Positions 8,668-16,052 of a DNA stretch of 59,944 bases are shown here, piece after piece. Positions within the stretch are counted from its first letter, which is position 1. Each line of letters begins with the position of its first letter. Where the stretch lies: positions 1 through 59,944 of IMG/VR virus record IMGVR_UViG_3300043661_000028; one strand, 5' to 3'. A model generated the notes under the pieces. It did not search any database. It was not told the DNA's origin and saw nothing but the letters and a program-made list of their open reading frames with translations. Source of the DNA: a virus (lineage: Duplodnaviria > Caudoviricetes). The position numbers were made by a program, and so were the translations under genes.

Positions 8668-9199
8668 GAATTCCGTCCGTGGCTCCGGCCGCTCCCGCGC
8701 CGGAGCCACGGACACCACCATGTTGATCTGGAAGGTGATCGCCGCCAGCCCCGGCATCACGTATGGCGAGATCCGGGAACGCGTCGAGCACGACATCCCG
8801 GCCGGCTATGCCTGCCGACGCTTCGAGCGCTGGTCCTATCGGCCCAAAAAGTACATTGGGACAGATCGGTCTCTCCCAATGTATCTACGGAAAGCACGGG
8901 GCTACATCCTTGCGATGGCTCTCTCCGACATGAAGCGCAACCGCAACATCACATCTGACGGCAGCGGCAAAGGGCAGCGGTATACGGTTGCGCGAGAACT
9001 GCATTACATGGGCAACGCCGACGCGATCGACGAGACCGGCACCAAGGCCGCCGAGCACATGGCTGTCGCCGAGGCCCTCCGCAAGGTGGAGCGCATGCTC
9101 GCCACGCCCACCGCAGTGCAGAAATACGGCCGGAAGAACTGCGAGGCTATCGAGCGCCTGGTCAGGACGCTCCGGGCGCGGGGCAGCGCGGATACCTAG
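8660..9199 (+). CDS. Hypothetical basic protein, possibly wHTH
   Basis: Overlaps the ParB-like gene; IWKVIAASPGITYGEIRERV. Confidence 0.55.
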   Translation: MTENSVRGSGRSRAGATDTTMLIWKVIAASPGITYGEIRERVEHDIPAGYACRRFERWSYRPKKYIGTDRSLPMYLRKARGYILAMALSDMKRNRNITSDGSGKGQRYTVARELHYMGNADAIDETGTKAAEHMAVAEALRKVERMLATPTAVQKYGRKNCEAIERLVRTLRARGSADT

Positions 9200-10017
9200 A
9201 GGCTCGCCGCCGCAGCCGCGATCAGCCGTCGTGCTTCAGCGCCGGTAACCGCCTCGGCTAGCAGTGCCTCGGTGATCCGGTCGTAGATGGCCGACTCCGC
9301 GCCGATGAACCTGTCCTCGGACGTGAATGTCTCCACGACGGTCACGTCATCGGCGGTGAGGTAGCCGACCATCGGGGCCACGGCCAGCTCGACGCCTGGC
9401 GGGATGATCGCCAGCGTCACGTTGCCGAGCCCGGAGAGGGTCATCAGCCGGTCGAGCTGGCCGGCCATCACCTGGGGCGGGCAGAGCAGGTAGCGGAGCG
9501 CGGCTTCGCAGATGATGAACTCGAACGTCTTGCCCGCGTCGTAGAGCACTTCCTGCCGGCGCATCCGCCCGGTGACCGTCTTCTCAACGTCGGACTCCGC
9601 GAAGCCGTGCACCCGGACGGCCTCAAGGGCCCGGTACCGGGCGTAGTCGGCGGTTTGCAGCAGGCCGGGGATGAGCATGACCTCGAAGTTGCGGATGCGC
9701 TCAGCTTCCCGGACGAGCTTGTCGAACTCGGCCTGGAGCGCGGCGTGTCCGCGGCGCAGCTTGTGCCGCCACTGCTCGTGGACGGCCTGGGCCTCGGCCA
9801 GCAGGTCGAGCAGGGCGGGGATTTCCTCCGGGTGGCCGCATGCCTGCGCCCACCCGGTGACGTCATCCTCGCTGGGCATCTGCTGGCCGCGTTCCAGCTT
9901 CGGCACGCGGGACCGGGATTTCCACCCGATCTGTGCGGCCAGCTCTTCACCAGTCAGCCCGGCGTCCTTGCGCAAGCGCTTGAGGCGCTCCGCGAGGGCA
10001 CCGGGCTGGTTGAGCAT
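9196..10017 (-). CDS. XRE HTH + DUF5753 regulator (WhiJ/Scr1-like)
   Basis: LKRLRKDAGLTGEELAAQIG...KLERG; IPGLLQTADYAR; RMRRQEVL; EAAL...MAGQLDRL. Confidence 0.9.
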   Translation of the reverse strand: MLNQPGALAERLKRLRKDAGLTGEELAAQIGWKSRSRVPKLERGQQMPSEDDVTGWAQACGHPEEIPALLDLLAEAQAVHEQWRHKLRRGHAALQAEFDKLVREAERIRNFEVMLIPGLLQTADYARYRALEAVRVHGFAESDVEKTVTGRMRRQEVLYDAGKTFEFIICEAALRYLLCPPQVMAGQLDRLMTLSGLGNVTLAIIPPGVELAVAPMVGYLTADDVTVVETFTSEDRFIGAESAIYDRITEALLAEAVTGAEARRLIAAAAASL

Positions 10018-10048
10018 CTCTCCGGTCGGTCGCAAGGCAGTTCCTCGG

Positions 10049-10585
10049 TCAGGCGGCGGCGTGCTCTTCCGCCGGGGTGGCGATACGGACTGCCAGGTCC
10101 CGCCATTCGATGTACCGGGCCACGGTGCCCGGGTCGTCGCTGATCGTTCTCTTCTCCATCGCACCGTCGTCGGTGAACTGCATGTGGATTACCCGCTCGT
10201 CATCGAGCAGCCACCAGTCGTTGCCGGTCCATGCGGGCAGCCCGGCCAGCCGGGCCTCGCGCCGCGAGACGTAGCCGATGCGCTCGCCGGCCCGCGAGTG
10301 CCACGGGGCCGCCCACATCTCCCACCGCTGGTAGTCGGACGGCGGGTCATCGAGCACGCGGACGCGGCTGACCATCTTGCCCTCGGCCGTCAGCCGGCCG
10401 ATCTCCTCGAGCCACGGCCGCCACCAGTCCAGCTCCGTGGGCGGCACCGGCGACCCCGCGAGGAAGCGGTCGAAGTCGGCCTGCTCGTAGCCGAGCGCGT
10501 AGGTGCTGCGCGTCTCGAGCCTGAAGGCCGACCGCCTGAACGACCGGAGCAACTCGTCCGACCACTCCAGGTCTTCGTCAGCCAT
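10049..10585 (-). CDS. DUF6879 family protein
   Basis: FRRSAFRLETRSTY...RVRVLDDPPSDYQRWE...DWWLLDDERV. Confidence 0.8.
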   Translation of the reverse strand: MADEDLEWSDELLRSFRRSAFRLETRSTYALGYEQADFDRFLAGSPVPPTELDWWRPWLEEIGRLTAEGKMVSRVRVLDDPPSDYQRWEMWAAPWHSRAGERIGYVSRREARLAGLPAWTGNDWWLLDDERVIHMQFTDDGAMEKRTISDDPGTVARYIEWRDLAVRIATPAEEHAAA

Positions 10586-10781
10586 CAAGGCCCCGGATGC
10601 GGTCGATGACGTTGGCCGGGACGAACACGGCATCCTCGTCGCCGCCGAGGTCGCGCAGATGCGCCCTCGTCTCGGCGTCGAGCGCCTTGCCCTGGACGAC
10701 GTAGCCGCCCGGTGCCTCGTACATGGCGGGGCAGTTGCCGACGTTCGACGCGTCGTCTTTCCACATGAACTTGAGCTGCAT
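10578..10781 (-). CDS. Small protein typically found upstream of DUF6879
   Basis: SNVGNCPAMY...GYVVQG...EDAVFVPANVI. Confidence 0.7.
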   Translation of the reverse strand: MQLKFMWKDDASNVGNCPAMYEAPGGYVVQGKALDAETRAHLRDLGGDEDAVFVPANVIDRIRGLDG

Positions 10782-10876
10782 CGCTGGTCCTTTCTCGCGC
10801 CAGGTTCCACCTTGATTGTTCTCCAAGGTGCCCCGGCCGTCCAGCGTAGTCCGGCCGGGGCATGGAACCTGGCCCT

Positions 10877-10932
10877 CTGATTCTAGAACATCAGCGTTCA
10901 GGCTTGAATGTTCGCGAACATTGACTTACGGT
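10877..10932 (+). promoter_or_regulatory. Rightward promoter with palindromic operators
   Basis: TTGAAT(10904)-17 bp-TACGGT(10927); perfect palindrome AATGTTCGCGAACATT at 10907-10922; related TTCTAGAACAT upstream; GTG 6 nt after the -10. Confidence 0.65.
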
Positions 10933-10938
10933 GAAGAC

Positions 10939-11148
10939 GTGGAACCGGAAACTGCTGAAATCGCGGAAGCCCCCGTGCTGCTCATGCCCGGCGTGGCCGC
11001 CCGCAGGGTCGGGGTTGTCGCTCGCACCCTGGCGAACTGGCACCGGGCCGGCAAGATCACCGCAGTCGTCACGTTCGGCGGCCAGCGCCGCTACCCGGAA
11101 CCCGAGATCACCGCGCTCGCCACCAGCCAGACCGGGGCGGCGGCCTGA
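10939..11148 (+). CDS. BldC/excisionase-like MerR-type HTH
   Basis: LLMPGVAARRVGVVARTLANWHRAGKITAVVTFGGQRRYPEPEI matches the BldC-family pattern. Confidence 0.8.
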   Translation: MEPETAEIAEAPVLLMPGVAARRVGVVARTLANWHRAGKITAVVTFGGQRRYPEPEITALATSQTGAAA

Positions 11149-11149
11149 G

Positions 11150-11383
11150 GTGCCTCTCCCGATCGCCCAGGTCCGCGTGCTCCGCCTTATCGCGGACACC
11201 GGCCCCGCCACCGCCCGGCAGGTGACCAGGGGCCTGCGCCTGGAACGCGTCATCACGCAGAACGCGCTGAGGCTGCTCACCGATAAAGGGCTGGTGACCG
11301 CGGATCACTTCACGGTCCCCGTGTCCTACAAGATCACCAGCGCCGGGCACCTCGCCCTGGCCGCCGGGGGCGGCGAATCCTGA
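11150..11383 (+). CDS. Small winged-helix protein
   Basis: QVRVLRLIADTGPATARQVTRGL...LRLLTDKGLV...YKITSAG. Confidence 0.65.
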   Translation: MPLPIAQVRVLRLIADTGPATARQVTRGLRLERVITQNALRLLTDKGLVTADHFTVPVSYKITSAGHLALAAGGGES

Positions 11384-11479
11384 TGCCTTTTCGCACACAA
11401 GACGAGAGCGGTCCCGCCCGACACGGGACCGCCCTCAACACCCGTCTCACCCGGTTTGCACGCCCAGGAAGGCCCGCAG

Positions 11480-11620
11480 ATGCCCAACGTAACACAGCCC
11501 CCCGACAGCAGTACGGACCGCCCGCTGCGCCCGCCGAACGTAACCCCGGAGTGGGTCGCGGAGCTGGAGTTCTGGGCGGCCGAGCGGGGCCTGCCGCCCG
11601 AGCCGTGGCCGCTGCCGTAA
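11480..11620 (+). CDS. 46-aa small protein (not in the ORF track)
   Basis: SD AGGAAGG at 11466; MPNVTQPPDSSTDRPLRPPNVTPEWVAELEFWAAERGLPPEPWPLP. Confidence 0.45.
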   Translation: MPNVTQPPDSSTDRPLRPPNVTPEWVAELEFWAAERGLPPEPWPLP

Positions 11621-11696
11621 CCCGCACCTGGCGGCGGCGGTCTTCCCCGCCGCCGCCGCCCAGCGTCCGGGTTTGCACGGAAAGGAAGGTGACCCG

Positions 11697-11951
11697 GTGA
11701 GCCGTCACCAGGGATGGCGCGCGCAGGCCGCGTGCGCCAGCACCGACCCCGGGATCTTCTTCCCCCGGACCGGCGAGTCGGTCCAGCCGGCCAAGGCCAT
11801 CTGCGCCCGCTGCCCGGTCACCGCGCAGTGCCTCGCGCACGCGGTCAGCGTCCCGGAGCAGCACGGTGTATGGGGCGGCCTGGCCGAGCGGGAACGGCAC
11901 GGCCTCGGGCCCAACAAGCAGCCATCGCAGTTCCGAAAGGTAGCCGCCTAG
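11697..11951 (+). CDS. whiB: WhiB family transcription factor
   Basis: WRAQAAC..TDPGIFFP...AKAICARCPVTAQCL...GVWGGLAERER. Confidence 0.95.
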   Translation: MSRHQGWRAQAACASTDPGIFFPRTGESVQPAKAICARCPVTAQCLAHAVSVPEQHGVWGGLAERERHGLGPNKQPSQFRKVAA

Positions 11952-11953
11952 CC

Positions 11954-12232
11954 ATGCGCGCGTTCTTCCGCCTGATCCTCAACCTCGCCCTCCTGGTGTC
12001 CGCAGCAGCCGCGATCGGCTGGCTCACGACCCAGGAGGCCTATCACCACGCATCCCGCGACGCCCGGATCGTGATGGTGGCTGCTGTCGCCGCCGGCTTC
12101 TTCATCGTCGCCTGCATCGTCCTTCACGCGGTCCCGTCGAAGGCGCAGCTGGCCAGGCGCAGTAAGGGCAAGGGCGGCAGGCTGTCCTACCCGTACGCGG
12201 CCCCGGCGAAGCGCGGCAGGCGGGCGTCGTGA
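11954..12232 (+). CDS. Membrane protein (2 TM)
   Basis: Two hydrophobic helices, basic tail; ATG 11954. Confidence 0.6.
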   Translation: MRAFFRLILNLALLVSAAAAIGWLTTQEAYHHASRDARIVMVAAVAAGFFIVACIVLHAVPSKAQLARRSKGKGGRLSYPYAAPAKRGRRAS

Positions 12233-12999
12233 TCGCCGCGGCCCTGCTCGCCGTCTCCCTGCTCGCGCCTGCCAGCGTGGGGACCGGCATCGGCGGCCCC
12301 GTGTGCCTGCGGGTCACCGCCCAGCCCGGCCGCTCCTACCCGCTCGCCGGGCTCAGCGTCTCCGATACCGGCAGCGACGGCGAATCGATCAGCCTGCGGG
12401 TCGTCCCGGACCCCGTGATGCCCGCCGCGCGCCAGGCCGCGCGCCTGCGCCAGGTGCCGCCCTCGTGGATCACCTTCGGGCCCTCGTCAGTGAATGCAGG
12501 GCCCGGGCAGGCGGTTCCCGTGACGGTCACCCTGAATGTCCCTCCTGGTGCCGCGCCCGGCCCGCGCGAGAGCTGGGTGCAGGACGGCACGGTCTCCGCC
12601 CCGGCATCAGGGCCGGGCGGCCATGCCGTGCTCGGGGCGTCCGCCACGACCACGCTCGTCTTCACGGTCGGCCCGTCGGCAACCCCGCCGCCGTGTGACG
12701 CCCTGATCCTGGCCCAGTCGACCGGGAAGTTCCCGCCGTGGCCGACCGCCGCGTTCGCGACGTCGGGATGGGCGCAGGTGTTCGCGAGGGACGGCGCCGC
12801 GCCGTCCGGCCGCCCAGACACGGCTGTACGTCCGGGCACCGCGCCGGTCGCCACGTTCACGCCGGTCGCGGCGCCCTCCGTTTCTCTCGCCAAGGCCACC
12901 ATCCCGACGAAGCTCCCGGTGGACTGGAAAGGCTGGGCAATCGTGATCGGCCTCATCGTCGCCGCCGTATTCGCGGCCGGCAGAAAGCTGGGGGGCTGA
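12229..12999 (+). CDS. Secreted, C-terminally anchored protein with Ig-like beta domain
   Basis: Signal-peptide-like N-terminus; PSWITFGPSSVNAGPGQAVPVTVTLNVPPGA; C-terminal TM. Confidence 0.6.
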   Translation: MIAAALLAVSLLAPASVGTGIGGPVCLRVTAQPGRSYPLAGLSVSDTGSDGESISLRVVPDPVMPAARQAARLRQVPPSWITFGPSSVNAGPGQAVPVTVTLNVPPGAAPGPRESWVQDGTVSAPASGPGGHAVLGASATTTLVFTVGPSATPPPCDALILAQSTGKFPPWPTAAFATSGWAQVFARDGAAPSGRPDTAVRPGTAPVATFTPVAAPSVSLAKATIPTKLPVDWKGWAIVIGLIVAAVFAAGRKLGG

Positions 13000-13002
13000 C
13001 CG

Positions 13003-13287
13003 ATGGCCGGACGATTCAAGGCCGGCGGCCGCACCTACATCGACACCCCTGCCGGGCACCTTCAGGCTACGAGGGACAAGGTGGCCGACACGGCACGGAG
13101 CCGAGGTCACGACATGATGCACTGGAGCAAGGTTGCCAGCGCCGCACCGCCGTACTTTCGTGCCACCTGCGGGAAGTGCGGCGCCGGGGTGAAGGTCGTC
13201 ACCGGCCGGGCCCCGGCGAACCTGCCCGGCTATCCGAGCCTGCTCAGGTTCCGCAAGGTCACCTGGTGCCCGGGGCGGCGACGCTGA
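13003..13287 (+). CDS. Small basic Zn-binding protein (paralog A)
   Basis: MAGRFKAGGRTYIDTP...GHDM...FRATCGKCG...C. Confidence 0.65.
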   Translation: MAGRFKAGGRTYIDTPAGHLQATRDKVADTARSRGHDMMHWSKVASAAPPYFRATCGKCGAGVKVVTGRAPANLPGYPSLLRFRKVTWCPGRRR

Positions 13288-13889
13288 TGGCCGCCCGCAC
13301 TGGCCCGGTAGTCGCCATAGCCATCCTCGCCGCCCTGCTGGCCGCATCGCGGGCGGGCGCGGTCACGCACCTCGGCGCCGCCCCGGCCCGGGACACGGCA
13401 GCCGCCCCGGCTGGTTACGTCAACCCGCTCGCCGGGGAGCGATGGGCGCTGGCCCGCACGGATCAGGGCGTCGACTACAGGCCGCGCGTACCGGAGCCGG
13501 TCCGCGCGATCGGCGCCGGGACCGTCGTCTTCTCCAGTACCGCGTACTGCCTGCCGCACGGCTGGCCGGGATGCGCTGAGATCGCCTACAAGCTCACCGG
13601 CGGCCCGGCCGCGGGGAACGTCGTCTATGTCGCCGAGCACCTGACGGGCCTGCTGCGGCAGGGGTCGTTCAAGGCTGGTGCGGTGATCGCCACCGCGCTG
13701 CCGGGCTACCCGTGGACGGAATGGGGGTGGGCGCGGTGCGACGGGACCGGCCCGGCGGTGCGGTACAACGGCGCCCCGGACGGCACGCCGATGCCCGGCG
13801 GCCTCGCGTTCGCCCGGTTCATGCGCGAGCTAGGCGCGGGCACGGCCCAGGATCCGGGTCCGGGGCCCGACGTCGTGAGGAGCTGCTGA
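13287..13889 (+). CDS. Secreted M23-peptidase-like protein (atypical metal ligands)
   Basis: Signal peptide; RTDQGVDY...VRAIGAGTVV...YVAEHL...KAGAVIA. Confidence 0.6.
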   Translation: MAARTGPVVAIAILAALLAASRAGAVTHLGAAPARDTAAAPAGYVNPLAGERWALARTDQGVDYRPRVPEPVRAIGAGTVVFSSTAYCLPHGWPGCAEIAYKLTGGPAAGNVVYVAEHLTGLLRQGSFKAGAVIATALPGYPWTEWGWARCDGTGPAVRYNGAPDGTPMPGGLAFARFMRELGAGTAQDPGPGPDVVRSC

Positions 13890-14176
13890 TGGCCGGGCGG
13901 TTCAAGGTCAATGGCCGCACCTACCCCGATACCCCGCTCGGGAAGGCTCGCGCCCGCAAGGACAAGCAGAACGCGCGCCTGGCCGACCACGGGCACCGGA
14001 TGACATGGCGGAAGCTTCCTGCTGACCCGGTCTGGCGGGCTGCATTTCGCGGGACCTGCCGACGATGCCGCGGCGAGCTGGATTGCAGTGAATACGGCCC
14101 CCAGTGGCGGTCGGCGAGCAGTCCGACCCTCCTCAAGTTCATGGGTGTCAACATCGTCAAACGGTGCGGTTCGTGA
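13889..14176 (+). CDS. Small basic Zn-binding protein (paralog B)
   Basis: MAGRFKVNGRTYPDTP...GHRM...FRGTCRRCR...C. Confidence 0.65.
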   Translation: MAGRFKVNGRTYPDTPLGKARARKDKQNARLADHGHRMTWRKLPADPVWRAAFRGTCRRCRGELDCSEYGPQWRSASSPTLLKFMGVNIVKRCGS

Positions 14177-14751
14177 TGCCCGCCTACACCTACCGCCTGC
14201 CCCGCAAGTACCGCTGCCGGCCGCGCGGCAAGAACAGCTACGCGGGACCGGTCGTCGGCGCGGTCATCTTCGCTGCCCTGGCCAGCGCCGGGACCAAGGC
14301 CGCCGTGCACCACGGTCACGCCGGGCACACCCGCGCCGCCGTCACCGCCGTGATCATCCCGGCCGGAAGCAACCTCGGCACCCCCGCCGGCGTCGCCAGC
14401 GCCCTGCTCGCCGCGGACAGCCTGCCGCGCACATCCTGCAACCTCAATGCGGTCACCGCATGGGAGCGCGCTGAAGGCGGCGGGTTCGGGAATCAGGCGA
14501 GTTACGACCCGCTGAACGTCAACCCCGGACCCGGCGCGGGCTGGCCAGGACATCCCGCTATCGGGGCGTGGGCGTTCCCTGACGCCGCGACCGGCCTGCG
14601 ATACACGGTCTCGACACTCAACAACGGCTACTACGGCGGCATCCTGTCCGCCCTGCGCGCCGGCAACTCCGCCCAGGCCGTCTGCAACGCGATCATGGCC
14701 AGCCCGTGGGCGGCCAACCGCTACGGCGGCACCCTGACCGCTACCTGCTGA
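14176..14751 (+). CDS. Exported lysozyme-fold cell-wall hydrolase
   Basis: N-terminal TM; AWERAEGG...YDPLN...GLRYTVSTLNNGYYGGILSALRAG...SPWA. Confidence 0.6.
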   Translation: MPAYTYRLPRKYRCRPRGKNSYAGPVVGAVIFAALASAGTKAAVHHGHAGHTRAAVTAVIIPAGSNLGTPAGVASALLAADSLPRTSCNLNAVTAWERAEGGGFGNQASYDPLNVNPGPGAGWPGHPAIGAWAFPDAATGLRYTVSTLNNGYYGGILSALRAGNSAQAVCNAIMASPWAANRYGGTLTATC

Positions 14752-14763
14752 AAGGTCGCCCTG

Positions 14764-15090
14764 ATGCAACTCACGTCCGCCGACCTGCACCTTGCCGGCG
14801 TCGTCATCGCCGCGCTCACCGTGGAGGAGGTCATCCGGGAGGCCCGGCATCCGATGTACGGCGAGAGCAAGCCCGACTTGCTGGGTTCCGCATGTTACGG
14901 CCTCGTCCTGGCAGTGGTCGCCCTGGCCGTCTGCCGCGTCCTGCGCGGGGCTGAGGTCATCGCCATAGCCCTGGCCGTCCCGCTGGCTCCCGGCTGGGCC
15001 CTGCACAGGCTGAGCCAGCACCGGCGCCGCGTCATCAGCAAGGGCATCGACACCGTGATTGCCCAGAACCGGTACCAGGAAAGGCGATAA
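14764..15090 (+). CDS. Membrane protein
   Basis: Several hydrophobic segments. Confidence 0.55.
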   Translation: MQLTSADLHLAGVVIAALTVEEVIREARHPMYGESKPDLLGSACYGLVLAVVALAVCRVLRGAEVIAIALAVPLAPGWALHRLSQHRRRVISKGIDTVIAQNRYQERR

Positions 15091-15096
15091 ACGATC

Positions 15097-16023
15097 ATGA
15101 TCCTCGCTGCCCTCGGCTGGATAGCCGCCATCGGCCTGCTGGCCGCCTGCCTGTCTTCGGCCCGGCATGGCCTGCATGACAAGAAGTACGGCCCGTGGAC
15201 CGGCGCCGGGCTGTACGCCTGCGCCGCCGTAGTCCTGCTCGCCGCCGTCGGCGCGCTCAGCCCCGCCGCCGCCGCCGTGCTGGCGTTCCTGACTCTCATC
15301 ACCGCCGCCGGGCTCGCCGTTACCGAAGCCCTGAACCCGGCGGACGGCCAGGAAGTCGCGGCCGGCTGGAGGCTAGCCGCGGCCAGAGGCGCGTACGGCC
15401 ATGCGGGCGCCGGCTTCGGCTACCTCGCCCGCGATACCCGCGGCCTGGCCGGCTGGCTGAAGGGCCGTCGGCAGGAGCGCGCAGGCAAGCTCCCGGACCC
15501 CGGCCCCGCGGCATCCGCGGCCTGGCCTGCATCACCCGTCACCACCTTCAAGCCCGACCCGAACGGAGCAAGCACCATGCCGCCAAGGAACGCCAGCGGG
15601 AACGGCACCAGGCCGCCAGCGAACGGCACCGTCCAGCAGCCCGCCATCCGGGCCAGGCGCCTGGCCGCGCAAGCCGGATCAGTGCCGGTGCCCGCGGGAT
15701 GGGCGGCTGTCGTCGCCGGGACCGCGGACTTCGAGGCGGGAAGCAACGTCGAGCTCGCCCAGTGGATGACCGAGCAGGTTCTCGGCCTGGCCGCCTGGGC
15801 CGAGGCCATTGTCGAGCAGCACGAGGCCAACCGCGCTAAGGGCGTCGACGCGGCGGCTATCTCCATGCTGCATGACGTCGCGGACGCGGGGGTGGCCTCC
15901 GCCGGGGCGATGGCCGGGGCGGTCAGCCAGTTCTGCAACTACTTCGAGCTCCCCGACGCCTTCGTCGACGAAGGCAAAACGCTGGCGCACAGCGGCGACT
16001 GGCATCAGGGCAGCCCAGGATAA
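15097..16023 (+). CDS. Membrane-anchored putative transfer-associated protein
   Basis: N-terminal TMs, linker and helical C-terminus; immediately upstream of the TraB-like gene. Confidence 0.5.
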   Translation: MILAALGWIAAIGLLAACLSSARHGLHDKKYGPWTGAGLYACAAVVLLAAVGALSPAAAAVLAFLTLITAAGLAVTEALNPADGQEVAAGWRLAAARGAYGHAGAGFGYLARDTRGLAGWLKGRRQERAGKLPDPGPAASAAWPASPVTTFKPDPNGASTMPPRNASGNGTRPPANGTVQQPAIRARRLAAQAGSVPVPAGWAAVVAGTADFEAGSNVELAQWMTEQVLGLAAWAEAIVEQHEANRAKGVDAAAISMLHDVADAGVASAGAMAGAVSQFCNYFELPDAFVDEGKTLAHSGDWHQGSPG

Positions 16024-16052
16024 GCAACCCGACGTCACGAAGGAACAGTTCA

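Noticed and set aside
10880-10925. LexA/SOS box
   Set aside because: The half-sites are arranged GTTC-GC-GAAC, not the actinobacterial TCGAAC-N4-GTTCGA arrangement
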